39,022 bases of DNA from Acidobacteriota bacterium (lineage in GTDB: Bacteria; Acidobacteriota; UBA4820; DSQY01): NCBI GenBank assembly GCA_049967655.1, contig JBMFSH010000026.1, positions 1 to 39,022 of the forward strand. The letters are read 5' to 3'. A program made the position numbers and the translations under genes. The notes below the pieces were generated by a model. It was not told the origin of the DNA and did no database searches. It saw only the letters and a list, made by a program, of their open reading frames with translations. Positions within the stretch are counted from its first letter, which is position 1, and every line of letters begins with the position of its first letter. Below are positions 27,386-36,652 of this stretch, piece after piece.

Positions 27386-29347
27386 ATGCTCCACACGACC
27401 TTGGAAAACGAAGAATCGGCTGCCCAAGAGGGGCCAGAGATCATTCAGAGCCGGCGCGCGCTCGCCCACATCGCCGGGCTCGCCGGGACGCCTCCTTCGC
27501 GTCTTCTCCGGCTCTTGGCGAACGGGAGAATCGTCGAGATGGGGGCCTCGGGGGACAACCCCTGGCTCTCCGTCGACGGCCCCCGAGGGCTCGATGGACT
27601 CCTGACCTGGGCCTCGGAGCGCTGCCCAGGGTTCAGGGCCGTCTCCCTGGCGAGCGCACCGGGGAGAACCTGGGGGCTCTGGCTGGTGCCACAGGGGGCC
27701 GCCCTCGATGTCGAGGCCACCACGCGGGCTCTGACCGTGGCGATTCAGCTGCTGGACCGGACGGAGGAGTGGCAACGCCTGATGCACACCAGCGACTCCC
27801 TGTGGGCCCTGCTGGGGCTCGGCCACGCGCTGTCCGAGGCGGAGGACCCCGGGGCCATGGCGGCAGCGGCTCACAAGGCCGCCACGCGGATCTTCGGCCC
27901 CGTCAGCTCGGCCCTGGCCCTTTTCAGCCAGGAGTCGGGCCGGTGCTTCAGGCTTGCTCCGGACGCCCAGCCCGTGTCGCAACCCGCGCGCCCATCGGAC
28001 TGGCAGGCCCTCTTCAAGGAAAGGAGCTGCGCGTGGGGCGGGGGATCGCCCCAGGCTTCGGCCGCGGCGGCATTGGCGGGATTGGAGCCTTCCAGCGGCC
28101 TCTGCGAGCGGGTGGGCGACGGGACCGCGCCTCTCGGGTACCTCCTCATCCTGAGGCCCTCCGGCCCCTTCTCGGAACGGGAGCAGGGACTGGTATCCCG
28201 GATGGCCGACTTTCTCTTCGCCGCTCTGATGCGGCGGGAGAGCCGGCGGGGCACGAGGAGCCGGGCGGTCCAGTCCGCCGATCTTTTCGTCCTCCTGGCC
28301 CAGGAGAGGGAGCGCTTGGACTACGTTCTCAGGAGCGTACCGGTGGGCATCCTCCTGACGGACGTGGAGGGCGGCATAGAGCTGGCCAACGACACGGCGG
28401 GGCGGGCCCTCGGGCTCACCGACGTGGAGATGCGGGAGAAGAAGATCTTCGGGAGCCGGCCCGCCGGCCGAGCCCTTCTGGGGTTGATCGAGAAGGCCAA
28501 GAGCGAGGGAAAGCCCGTCTCCACCCCCTACGAGATGGAGGGGCGCTGGTTCCACGTGCAGGTGATTCCGTGGCCTGGCGGCGCGCAGTTCCTAGTGGTC
28601 ACCCAGGATATCCAGGACTGGTTCCAGCTCAACCGCCTCAAGGAGGATCTCATCTCCATCATCTCGCACGAGGTGAAGAATCCTTTGACCGCCATCATCA
28701 ACGCCGCCAGCCTGCTCAGCACCAAACGTCCGGGACCGCTCACCGAACCCCAGCAGCGGCTCTCCGACCTCATCGTGGAAAACAGCCAGAAGATTCGCGA
28801 GCTGCTCGACGACGTGGTTCGGCTGAGCCGGGTTCACCAAATGGGCAGCGAGCAGGAGCGGGTGGACCTTCGCGCGCTCTTGCAGCGGCTCCGCGCCAGC
28901 TATCGTGATACCATACAGGGGAAGTTGCTGGTATGGAGGGAGGAGCTTCAGGAGCTAGCCGTGGTGGGCGACCCGAGAATGTTGGAGAACCTGTTCACCA
29001 ACCTCCTTGGCAATGCCATCAAGTACTCGGCCATCGGGGGTTGCGTGGGGGTCAGCCTCCGGAGAGAGGGCGATTGGGTCCGGGTCCGGGTGGCGGACGA
29101 CGGGCCGGGGATTCCGGCCGCCGAACGGGAGCGCCTCTTCAAGCCCTTCTTCCGGGCCAGCAACGTGCGGGGACAGGTCTCGGGCACCGGGCTGGGGCTG
29201 GTCATCGCCAAGAACATCGCCGAGCGCCTCGGAGGACGGCTCTCGGTGGATTCGCCGCTGCCGCCCGAGGAGGCGGAGTTCCTGGGCAGCCCCAAGGGAA
29301 GCGAGCATGGAAGCCTCTTCCGTGTGGATCTGCCGGCCCAAGACTAG
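27386..29347 (+). CDS. Cytoplasmic sensor histidine kinase (GAF-like, PAS, HisKA, HATPase)
   Basis: H-box SHEVKNPLT, N-box NLLGNAIKY, DDGPGI, F-box FKPFFR, GTGLGL. Start set at ATG 27386, with TATACT at 27335-27340. Confidence 0.9.
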   Translation: MLHTTLENEESAAQEGPEIIQSRRALAHIAGLAGTPPSRLLRLLANGRIVEMGASGDNPWLSVDGPRGLDGLLTWASERCPGFRAVSLASAPGRTWGLWLVPQGAALDVEATTRALTVAIQLLDRTEEWQRLMHTSDSLWALLGLGHALSEAEDPGAMAAAAHKAATRIFGPVSSALALFSQESGRCFRLAPDAQPVSQPARPSDWQALFKERSCAWGGGSPQASAAAALAGLEPSSGLCERVGDGTAPLGYLLILRPSGPFSEREQGLVSRMADFLFAALMRRESRRGTRSRAVQSADLFVLLAQERERLDYVLRSVPVGILLTDVEGGIELANDTAGRALGLTDVEMREKKIFGSRPAGRALLGLIEKAKSEGKPVSTPYEMEGRWFHVQVIPWPGGAQFLVVTQDIQDWFQLNRLKEDLISIISHEVKNPLTAIINAASLLSTKRPGPLTEPQQRLSDLIVENSQKIRELLDDVVRLSRVHQMGSEQERVDLRALLQRLRASYRDTIQGKLLVWREELQELAVVGDPRMLENLFTNLLGNAIKYSAIGGCVGVSLRREGDWVRVRVADDGPGIPAAERERLFKPFFRASNVRGQVSGTGLGLVIAKNIAERLGGRLSVDSPLPPEEAEFLGSPKGSEHGSLFRVDLPAQD

Positions 29348-29355
29348 GAGGTGGC

Positions 29356-30192
29356 ATGAAGCGCCAGAGGATACTCATCGCCGATGACAACAGAGCCATC
29401 ACGGACATCCTCAAGATGAACTTCGAACTGCTCGGCTATGAAGTGATGGTGGCCTCGGACGGCGAGGAGGCCGAGCGAAAGTTCAAAGCCTTCCCGCCCG
29501 ATCTGATGCTCCTGGACGTCATGATGCCCAAGAAGAACGGGTACAAGGTCTGCCGGGACCTCAAGAAGGATCCCCAGCTCGTGCGGATCCCCATCATTCT
29601 GCTCACCGCCAAGAACCTCAAGGAGGACGTCTACTGGGGATACGACTGCGGGGCGGATGCCTACGTGACCAAGCCCTACGACCCCCGGCAGCTCGAGCTC
29701 CTTGTCGGGCAGCTCATCCAGGAGGCCGTCACGGGGCGGCGGTCCACCTCCTGGACCGGCCTGCCCGACGCTAGCCGCGTAGAGGCGGAATACCGGGCCA
29801 GGCTGGAGGCGGGCGCCTCCGCCCAGCTCCTTCGCGCCAGTTTTTCGCGAGAGTCCGCCGATGCCTTCAGGCGCAAATACGGCGTTCCCCGGTTCAAGGA
29901 CCTTCTGCACCGCACGGCCTGGATGCTCTATGAACTCGTGCGCGACGTCACCTCGGCGGGAGTTCTGGGGCAGGACAGCGACGACCGCTTCTTCGTGACC
30001 CTCCACCCAGAGGAGGCCGAGCCGCTGAAGGCGAAGGCCCAGCAGAAGCTCAGCGAGGTGATTCTCTCCTGCTACGACAAGGAGGACCAGCAGCGGGGAC
30101 GCCTGGTGGAGCCCGGCCTGGGGCCGGACAGAGGCAAGGAGACCCCCCTCATCACCCTCCAGTGGGAGACGCTCGAACCACCGGCGCAGTAG
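29356..30192 (+). CDS. Response regulator with degenerate GGDEF-like output domain
   Basis: REC motifs ILIADD, LLDVMMP, LTAK, TKP. C-terminus TGLP...KYG...LGQDSDDRFF...YDKEDQQRG. SD AGGAGG. Confidence 0.88.
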   Translation: MKRQRILIADDNRAITDILKMNFELLGYEVMVASDGEEAERKFKAFPPDLMLLDVMMPKKNGYKVCRDLKKDPQLVRIPIILLTAKNLKEDVYWGYDCGADAYVTKPYDPRQLELLVGQLIQEAVTGRRSTSWTGLPDASRVEAEYRARLEAGASAQLLRASFSRESADAFRRKYGVPRFKDLLHRTAWMLYELVRDVTSAGVLGQDSDDRFFVTLHPEEAEPLKAKAQQKLSEVILSCYDKEDQQRGRLVEPGLGPDRGKETPLITLQWETLEPPAQ

Positions 30193-30210
30193 GATCGGGC
30201 CGTTGCCCCT

Positions 30211-32958
30211 TCAATCCGTCCCCTCGCGGCACTCTCCCCCAGCCCCCGAGGCGCGCTGAAGATACTCCTCCGCCTCCTCGCCCACGGCCCCCCGTCCGAT
30301 GCCCCAGTAACCGCGGAATCTACCGGAGGCATCGCGAATGGGGATGGCGCTGGTCACCAACACCATCCAGGCGCCGTCCTTTTTCACGTAGACGGCCAAC
30401 ACCTCTCGCAGCGGTTTCTTGCCCCCCGCCTCGCCCTCCCACTGACTCCTGACCCGCCTGGCCTCGGCCGGCGGCATCAGATCGCAGAGAGACCTACCGA
30501 GGATCTCCTCGGGCTGGTAGCCCAGCAGCCTGGACACCCAGCCATTGCTGTGCGTGAAGCGCAGATCGGCGCCCACCTCCCACACCCAATCGCTGCTGTG
30601 GCCGCCCAGGATGCGGAAGGCCTCCTCGCTGGCCCTCAACGACTCCTTGCTGCGGCGAAGCCCGTCGAGCCCGGCCAGGAGTTCGTCTCTGGTTCGCTGG
30701 AGCTCGCGGTTGGTGGCCGCCAGCTCCTCGATGGTGGCGGTTGCCTCGCCGTACAGGGAGGCATTGACCACGGCCATGGTCGCCTGCCGGGCGAAAATTT
30801 CGAGAAGCTCCACCGCGTCTTGGGTGAAGGATCCCGCATCGCCGCCGTAGACGGTCAGGGCGCCGCGCACCGTATCCTCGTGCAGGAGAGGCAGGGCGCA
30901 GACGGAGACGAAGCCTCTCCGTTCCATCGCCTCTCTCCAGGGCGCCACGGTGGGGTCGTCCCGCTGCACGATGACCGGGAGCCTGCTCTTGATGGCTCTG
31001 CCCGTGGGCCCTCGCGCGTGATCGGATTCGTCCCATCGCACGTGAACCGTCGAGGTGTAGCCCTCATCCATGCCGGCCGAAGCGAGCACCTCGAGCTCCA
31101 CGCTTTCCGGCACCACCAGGCCGATCCACGCCATCCGCGCCTCCACGCCCAACAGGGCCGCCTCGCAGATGGTCCTGGCGGCGCCGCGCAAGTTGAGGAA
31201 GCCGCCCATGGCCTGGGCCGAGGAGACGAGCGAGAGCAGCTGCCGGTGACGACGGCGCTCGGCCGCCTCCGCTCTTCTCCGGTCCGTTACATCCCTCGCC
31301 ACGCCGAAGAATCCGACTATTCGGCCTTCTGCATCGAGCCTCGGAACGGCCAGGTCCTCCAGCCAGTGGTACTGTCCCGTGGTGCGGTGGAGGAACCGGT
31401 ATTCGATAGTTACAGGATGGGGCGAGGTCAGGAGTCGCTGCAGCTCCTGGCGGACCATGTTTCGGTCTTCCGGGTGAAGCGCTTCGAACCATTCGTGTTC
31501 GGGCTGGCTAAAATAGTTCGGCGGGTAGCCGAGAATCCGCTCCAGCTGGCGGCTGGCGAAGAGGGGTTTCAGGACGGGCGGATCTCCCTCCAGGGCGTTG
31601 TAGTAGATGATCTCGTGGACGTTGTCGACCATCAGCCGGAGCCGGGTCTCGCTCTCGCGCAGCGCCGCCTCCGCCCGCTTGCGTTCGGTCACGTCCTCCA
31701 GAAAGGCGAGAAAGGCGGAGCCGCCCTGGAGATCCACGTGAGCCAGCCGCACGTGCATGGGGAACAGCGCCCCGTCCTTTCTTCGGCCCACCGTGTCAAA
31801 ATCCTGCTCGTCCGCCTCCTTCGCCCGCCCCTCCCGGAACTGGGCCTCGACGCCCTGGCGCTCTCCGGGCGCGATCAGCGCCTGGACGAACCCGCTGCTG
31901 AGGTCGCCGAGGGACTCGCAGCCGAAGAGCTTCAGCACGCCCTGGTTGGCGTACACCACGGTCCCTTCGCGCACGAGGCAGATGCCCAGGGGGGACTTCT
32001 CGATGAGCTCCCGGTAGCGGCGCTCCGAGTCCCGGAGTAACCTCTGCCTGAGGTTGCGCCGCAAGGCCCAGAGGACGATCAGGGCGATCAGGGCCACCAG
32101 GGCCACGGCGGCGATGATCCAGCCGAGGATCCGCCCCACGTCGGGCGTCGTCACCTGAGGGAGCCACTTCCTGCGGATGTGGGTCAGCGTGCCTCCCTTC
32201 TTGAGCTGGGCCATGACGCGGTCGAAATCGGCCCGTTCCGCCTCCCGGCCCGGACCGAAAGCTATGGACAGGTGCTCCCGCGACAGGAAGAGCGGCCCCC
32301 AGGAGCCCTTGGCGATGGTCAGCTCCCCCGCGTACTGCCGGCTGATGACGAAGAGGCTGTTGAGGTAGTCGTTGAACACGGCGTCCACCGTTCCGGCCCG
32401 AAGCGCCGCAAGGCTCTCTTCCGTGCTGCCGAACGGGGCCACGGTGATCGAAGGGTCTCCGGCCGCCTGCATCTTCAGGGCAGCTCTCTGGCCCGTGGCC
32501 CCCTCCTTCACCCCCACCCTCCAGCCTGCCACACCGCGCAAGGAGGCCAGCTCCCGGCTGGCTCGCGTCACCACGACGAGCCCCGTGTCGACGTAGCCGT
32601 CGGTGAACAGCAGACGAGCCTCGCGACCGGGAGTCCGGTAGATCGCCCCCAGGCCCACGTCCGCCTCGCCCCTCTCCAGGCGGTCCAGCATCTGGGCGAA
32701 AGGAAGCTCCTCCACCTGGTAGGTCCAACCGTTGGCCGCGCACACCAGATGGAGCAGATCCACCTCCAGCCCCTTGAGGTGTCCATCCTCGGCGATCACG
32801 TACGGTTCATAGGGAGAAGCCACCACCTTCAGGCGCGTCCCGGGGCCGTTCGGGCCAGCCGCCCTTACGGCGCCCGCCCGCGGCACGCCCAGGACCGGCC
32901 CGCAGAGGAGGAGGACCAGCGTCACCCTCAAACCATTCGACCACTCCCGTCGGCGCAC
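30211..32958 (-). CDS. Membrane multi-sensor protein (family-3 solute-binding domain, TM, PAS, PAS, GAF, PAS) with no output domain
   Basis: Signal peptide, YEPY...GLEVDL solute-binding domain, TM helix, PAS ends DVTERKR and RDVTDRR, GAF with GPTGRAI...LPL, final PAS ending RGYWGIGR followed by a short tail. Confidence 0.85.
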   Translation of the reverse strand: MRRREWSNGLRVTLVLLLCGPVLGVPRAGAVRAAGPNGPGTRLKVVASPYEPYVIAEDGHLKGLEVDLLHLVCAANGWTYQVEELPFAQMLDRLERGEADVGLGAIYRTPGREARLLFTDGYVDTGLVVVTRASRELASLRGVAGWRVGVKEGATGQRAALKMQAAGDPSITVAPFGSTEESLAALRAGTVDAVFNDYLNSLFVISRQYAGELTIAKGSWGPLFLSREHLSIAFGPGREAERADFDRVMAQLKKGGTLTHIRRKWLPQVTTPDVGRILGWIIAAVALVALIALIVLWALRRNLRQRLLRDSERRYRELIEKSPLGICLVREGTVVYANQGVLKLFGCESLGDLSSGFVQALIAPGERQGVEAQFREGRAKEADEQDFDTVGRRKDGALFPMHVRLAHVDLQGGSAFLAFLEDVTERKRAEAALRESETRLRLMVDNVHEIIYYNALEGDPPVLKPLFASRQLERILGYPPNYFSQPEHEWFEALHPEDRNMVRQELQRLLTSPHPVTIEYRFLHRTTGQYHWLEDLAVPRLDAEGRIVGFFGVARDVTDRRRAEAAERRRHRQLLSLVSSAQAMGGFLNLRGAARTICEAALLGVEARMAWIGLVVPESVELEVLASAGMDEGYTSTVHVRWDESDHARGPTGRAIKSRLPVIVQRDDPTVAPWREAMERRGFVSVCALPLLHEDTVRGALTVYGGDAGSFTQDAVELLEIFARQATMAVVNASLYGEATATIEELAATNRELQRTRDELLAGLDGLRRSKESLRASEEAFRILGGHSSDWVWEVGADLRFTHSNGWVSRLLGYQPEEILGRSLCDLMPPAEARRVRSQWEGEAGGKKPLREVLAVYVKKDGAWMVLVTSAIPIRDASGRFRGYWGIGRGAVGEEAEEYLQRASGAGGECREGTD

Positions 32959-32982
32959 GGTTCCTGCTCCCTTTTCGACCGG

Positions 32983-35217
32983 TCAGCAGACCCGGTTTTT
33001 CCCCTGTCTCTTGGCGGCGTAGAGGGCGGCATCCGCCTTCTCCAGAATGACGTGGTGGTCCTTCCCGTCATCGGGAAAGGAGGCCACACCCACCGAGAGG
33101 GTCACTTGCATGGGCGCGGACAGGCCCTCGACGGGCAGGGGTAGCGACTCGACCCGCGAACGGATTCGATCGGCGACGGCCCTGGCCTGCTCCGAGGTTC
33201 GGTGCGGCAGGAAGATCGCGAACTCCTCCCCTCCGTAGCGGGCCGCCACGTCCTCCGACCGGATGCTGGAACTGAGCAGGCCGGCCACGCTCTCCAGAAC
33301 GGCGTCCCCCGTCAGGTGTCCGAAGGTGTCGTTGATCTGCTTGAAATCGTCCAGATCCAGCATCAGTACGCTGTAGGGGATCCCGGCGGCGGCGTACTCC
33401 TTGGATCGGACGGCGAAGGTCTCCTGGAAATAGCCGTGATTGTAGAGGCCGGTCAGGGAGTCCATGACGGCCTGGCGCTTGGTCTGCGCGTGGATTTGCG
33501 CGCTCTCCAGGGCGTACACGGTCTGATTGGCCAGAATCTCCAATGCCCTGAGCGTCTCGTCCGAGGGGACCTTGCCGTCCTGCGGCTCGTCCACCGAAAT
33601 GATACCCAACAACCGGTTGTCCTGGTCTCTCAGGGGCACCAGCAGCAGATCCTCCGGATGCCAGTCATCCGGCCGGGTAGACTCCCTGGCGCCGCTGGGG
33701 AGGATATCGTAGGGGCTGAGCTTCCCCTCGGTGTGGCTCACGAAGTAGGAAGCGCCGAGGCGGTACCGCTCCGAGAGATACTCCATGATGTCCGCCGCCG
33801 GCGGGGTCACCGACCGGATCTCCTCCCACAGGTCGTCCAGACCGGCCTGCGCGATTCGCTCGAAGATGCGCCGATCCTCGTGGTAGAGGCTGATCAGAAC
33901 GCTCCCGAACCCGAGGCTCTCCCGGATCCCCTTCGCCACGCTGTCCAGGATGCCTTGGACGTCCAGATGCACCCTGAGGAGGTTCGAGATCTGGAGTATC
34001 CGGGTCAGAAACTCGGTCTGCCGGACGAGCTTCCGGTTGGTCCTCATGAGCTGAGTCTTCAGGAGCTGGTCTTGCGTCCCCTGCGCCACTTGGTGCAACG
34101 TGAGGCTCAGAAACTGGGCCTCGTCCTCCCGGAAAGGATCGAATTGGGCACCGCGTTCGGCCGCCAATAACCCGAGCGCGAGTTCACCGGTGAGGATCGG
34201 AACCAGAAGCTGCGAGGAGGCGTCGGGCAGCAGAAGCGGCTGGAAGGTTTGCCGTTCCACCCGCCTGGGCTCCCGGAGCACCGGGTCCTCCAGGTAGGCC
34301 ATGAGCCCGCTCATCAGATCGGGTCCAATCGGGATCTCCTCCAGGGAATGGATGACGGGGCCCTCCTGTTGGGCCGGGGGGAGCACCAGGATGACCGCCC
34401 GTTCCCAGGGAACGAATTCCCGCAACCCGACGAGCAGGCTCTTCAGAAACCCCTTGTCGGCCAGGTCCCCCGTGGCGCCCATGGTCAACTGCTGCAGAAA
34501 CTCCTGCCGCCGAGCCGCCCCGACGAGGGCCTCGTGCTTCTCCTCGAGGCCGGCGTTCAGGCGGAGGCTCCAGATGACCAGCAGCAGCGTGAGGCTGCTC
34601 AGAAACAGGTAGAGCGGCCGAGACTCCGTGGCGGCACCAAGCACCAACCCCACGAAGGGGGACGACACCAGCACCCATAACTGGTTTTGGAGGAAGCTCT
34701 TTCGGACCATCTCCAGATTCGCACCCATTCCGGTAAGGGCTCTGCCCAGCAGATAGACTGCCCAGTTGAAGCTGTTGGCGGCCCCCATGGCCAGGAGCAG
34801 GATGCCCAACCACGCCCAGCTCTCCGGGACTACCAGCGGCACCATGGCGGTATAAAGCCAGCAGCCCAGGGTTAAGCTCGCAGCGGCCATCACGACACCC
34901 CAGGCGTGGACAAGGCGGAAGCCTCGGGGACCATGCCGGTACAGCCGGCTGGCCAGGAGGCCGATGCCGCCGAGGATTCCCGCGGCCGCCGGATTTTGGA
35001 GGATCACCACGGCGGGAAAGGCGATGGCGTGATCGACGTTCATGCTTCCCAGGCCGGGGATTCGGACGTCGAACTGATAAGTCACGAAGTAAAATGCCAG
35101 GATAAAGGGAACGGCCCAGAGATTGCGCACCTGAAGGCCGCAACGCCACAGCAGCAGGAACAGTCCTCCGGAGAAAAGAAGGAAAAGCGCAAGATAAGCC
35201 CTTGAGGCGCGCTCCAT
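32983..35217 (-). CDS. Membrane-bound diguanylate cyclase (multi-TM, GAF, GAF, GGDEF)
   Basis: DSLTGLYN, DLDDFKQINDTFGHLTGD, I-site RSED, active site RYGGEEF, ADAALYAAK. True start ATG 35217 with SD GGAGG. Confidence 0.93.
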   Translation of the reverse strand: MERASRAYLALFLLFSGGLFLLLWRCGLQVRNLWAVPFILAFYFVTYQFDVRIPGLGSMNVDHAIAFPAVVILQNPAAAGILGGIGLLASRLYRHGPRGFRLVHAWGVVMAAASLTLGCWLYTAMVPLVVPESWAWLGILLLAMGAANSFNWAVYLLGRALTGMGANLEMVRKSFLQNQLWVLVSSPFVGLVLGAATESRPLYLFLSSLTLLLVIWSLRLNAGLEEKHEALVGAARRQEFLQQLTMGATGDLADKGFLKSLLVGLREFVPWERAVILVLPPAQQEGPVIHSLEEIPIGPDLMSGLMAYLEDPVLREPRRVERQTFQPLLLPDASSQLLVPILTGELALGLLAAERGAQFDPFREDEAQFLSLTLHQVAQGTQDQLLKTQLMRTNRKLVRQTEFLTRILQISNLLRVHLDVQGILDSVAKGIRESLGFGSVLISLYHEDRRIFERIAQAGLDDLWEEIRSVTPPAADIMEYLSERYRLGASYFVSHTEGKLSPYDILPSGARESTRPDDWHPEDLLLVPLRDQDNRLLGIISVDEPQDGKVPSDETLRALEILANQTVYALESAQIHAQTKRQAVMDSLTGLYNHGYFQETFAVRSKEYAAAGIPYSVLMLDLDDFKQINDTFGHLTGDAVLESVAGLLSSSIRSEDVAARYGGEEFAIFLPHRTSEQARAVADRIRSRVESLPLPVEGLSAPMQVTLSVGVASFPDDGKDHHVILEKADAALYAAKRQGKNRVC

Positions 35218-35716
35218 GTCCCACCCTCCGCCCTCGACGGCAAGCCGGCCCACGAGTGATGCTCCCAAGCATAGACCGGCGGAGGGGAGGCTGCCAAGGG
35301 GGAAGAGCGCGGGGAGATTAGGAAGGAGGATTGGGAGGCGACAAGCCGTCCCGCTCTGGGACGGGCGCAGGCATTCCGATTCCGCTTCGCACTGGCCTGG
35401 TTCCTCTGTTCGGACAAGCTGCTGTACTTGAAACGGGAATCGCCTCGCCGCTCCATGAACCAATTCGTAACACCGGCGGCCACGCCCACTGGGCGGTAAG
35501 CCTGGGGCAGGGGGAATCCGCCGATTGTGGCAAATACCCCAAAACTCCAAAATTCCCCAGAATCCGCTCCGCGCGCGGGGTGCGGAGTCCTATATTAAGG
35601 GTCGTGGAGACGAACGGCCCCACCGAGATGTACGGTGCAAAGTTACTGGACACGGCGGCCCCGACCCGGCCTCACGGCGGAGCCGGCGGCCGCCTTCTGA
35701 CGGGGGAAGAGCGATC

Positions 35717-36652
35717 ATGACGGCGGTAGTCTTCGGAGTTCTCTACCTATGTGCGGCTGTCTTCGCGATAGCCTGCGTGGCCCGGGCCGTGATGTACGCC
35801 AAGGCCCCCATCCATCTGCGCTGGGAGCTCTACCCTGTGCCTCACGAAGAGGCCGAGCGCGTCCGGCACGGGGGCTCCTACTTCGAACAGCTCGACTGGT
35901 GGAAGCACTCCTCCAGCTTCAACTTGGTCGGGGAGCTCTCCTTCATGGTGCCTGAGATGCTCTTTCTGAAGGCGCTCCACGAGTTCAACCGGAAGCTGTG
36001 GTACCGCTCCTTCCTCTTTCACTTCGGCCTCTACCTGCTCATCGGAACCATGGGGCTGGTGGTCCTCGCAGCCGTGTTGACGCTGGCCGCGCCTGCCGCC
36101 ATGGCTGGCGGCCTGGGGCTGGTCCTGCACTGGATCTACGTGATTACCGGAGTGGCGGGCGGCGCCCTGGCGGTCATCGGCGCGGTGGCCCTTCTCGTGC
36201 GCCGGCTCACCGATCCCGACCTCGTGAACTACACGACGCCGGGCGACCTTTTCAACCTCTGCTTCTTCCTGGTGGCCTTCGCCCTCATGGCCGCCGGCTA
36301 TCTGCTGCGAGGCCCCGACGCCCCAGGGGTCGTCCACCTGACCGTTGCCTGGTTGACCTTCGATACCAGCGTCGCGCTTCCGGGCCTGTGGTCCACCGGT
36401 ATCATCCTCTGCGCCCTTCTCGCCGCCTACATCCCCCTTACGCACATGTCGCACTTCATCGCCAAGTACTTCACCTACCACTCCGTCCGATGGGATGACG
36501 CCGCCACGGCCAACAACCCGAAGATCGCGGCCAAGCTCGCGGAATACCTGACCTACCGGCCGACCTGGTCGGCCCCTCACGTGACGGCCGACGGCAAGAG
36601 GAGCTGGGCCGACGTCGCCACTACCAATCCGTGGGAAGGGGGGAAGAAATGA
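35717..36652 (+). CDS. NarI-family membrane cytochrome b (DsrM/HmeC-like)
   Basis: PIHLRWELYPVPHE, several TM helices, FHFGLY and YIPLTHMSHF motifs. ATGA-coupled to the next gene. Confidence 0.85.
   Translation: MTAVVFGVLYLCAAVFAIACVARAVMYAKAPIHLRWELYPVPHEEAERVRHGGSYFEQLDWWKHSSSFNLVGELSFMVPEMLFLKALHEFNRKLWYRSFLFHFGLYLLIGTMGLVVLAAVLTLAAPAAMAGGLGLVLHWIYVITGVAGGALAVIGAVALLVRRLTDPDLVNYTTPGDLFNLCFFLVAFALMAAGYLLRGPDAPGVVHLTVAWLTFDTSVALPGLWSTGIILCALLAAYIPLTHMSHFIAKYFTYHSVRWDDAATANNPKIAAKLAEYLTYRPTWSAPHVTADGKRSWADVATTNPWEGGKK

Noticed and set aside
26237..28555. Apparent long overlap of the 828-aa buk ORF and the 1036-aa kinase ORF
   Set aside because: Both are spurious upstream extensions. Family-like sequence starts at 27145 (buk) and about 27386 (kinase), leaving a normal divergent gap.
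30287..30294. G6 run at the end of the sensor gene as a phase-variable frameshift hiding an output domain
   Set aside because: The convergent regulator gene ends about 100 nt away, so there is no room for an output domain in any frame.
35525..35542. Rex-like box TTGTGGCAAATACCCCAA upstream of the DsrM-like gene
   Set aside because: Only 9 of 14 consensus positions match and the palindrome is poor.
35218..35716. N-terminal extensions of the cyclase (to 35550) and the DsrM-like ORF (from 35525)
   Set aside because: The extensions are non-gene-like. Better starts lie at 35217 and 35717.
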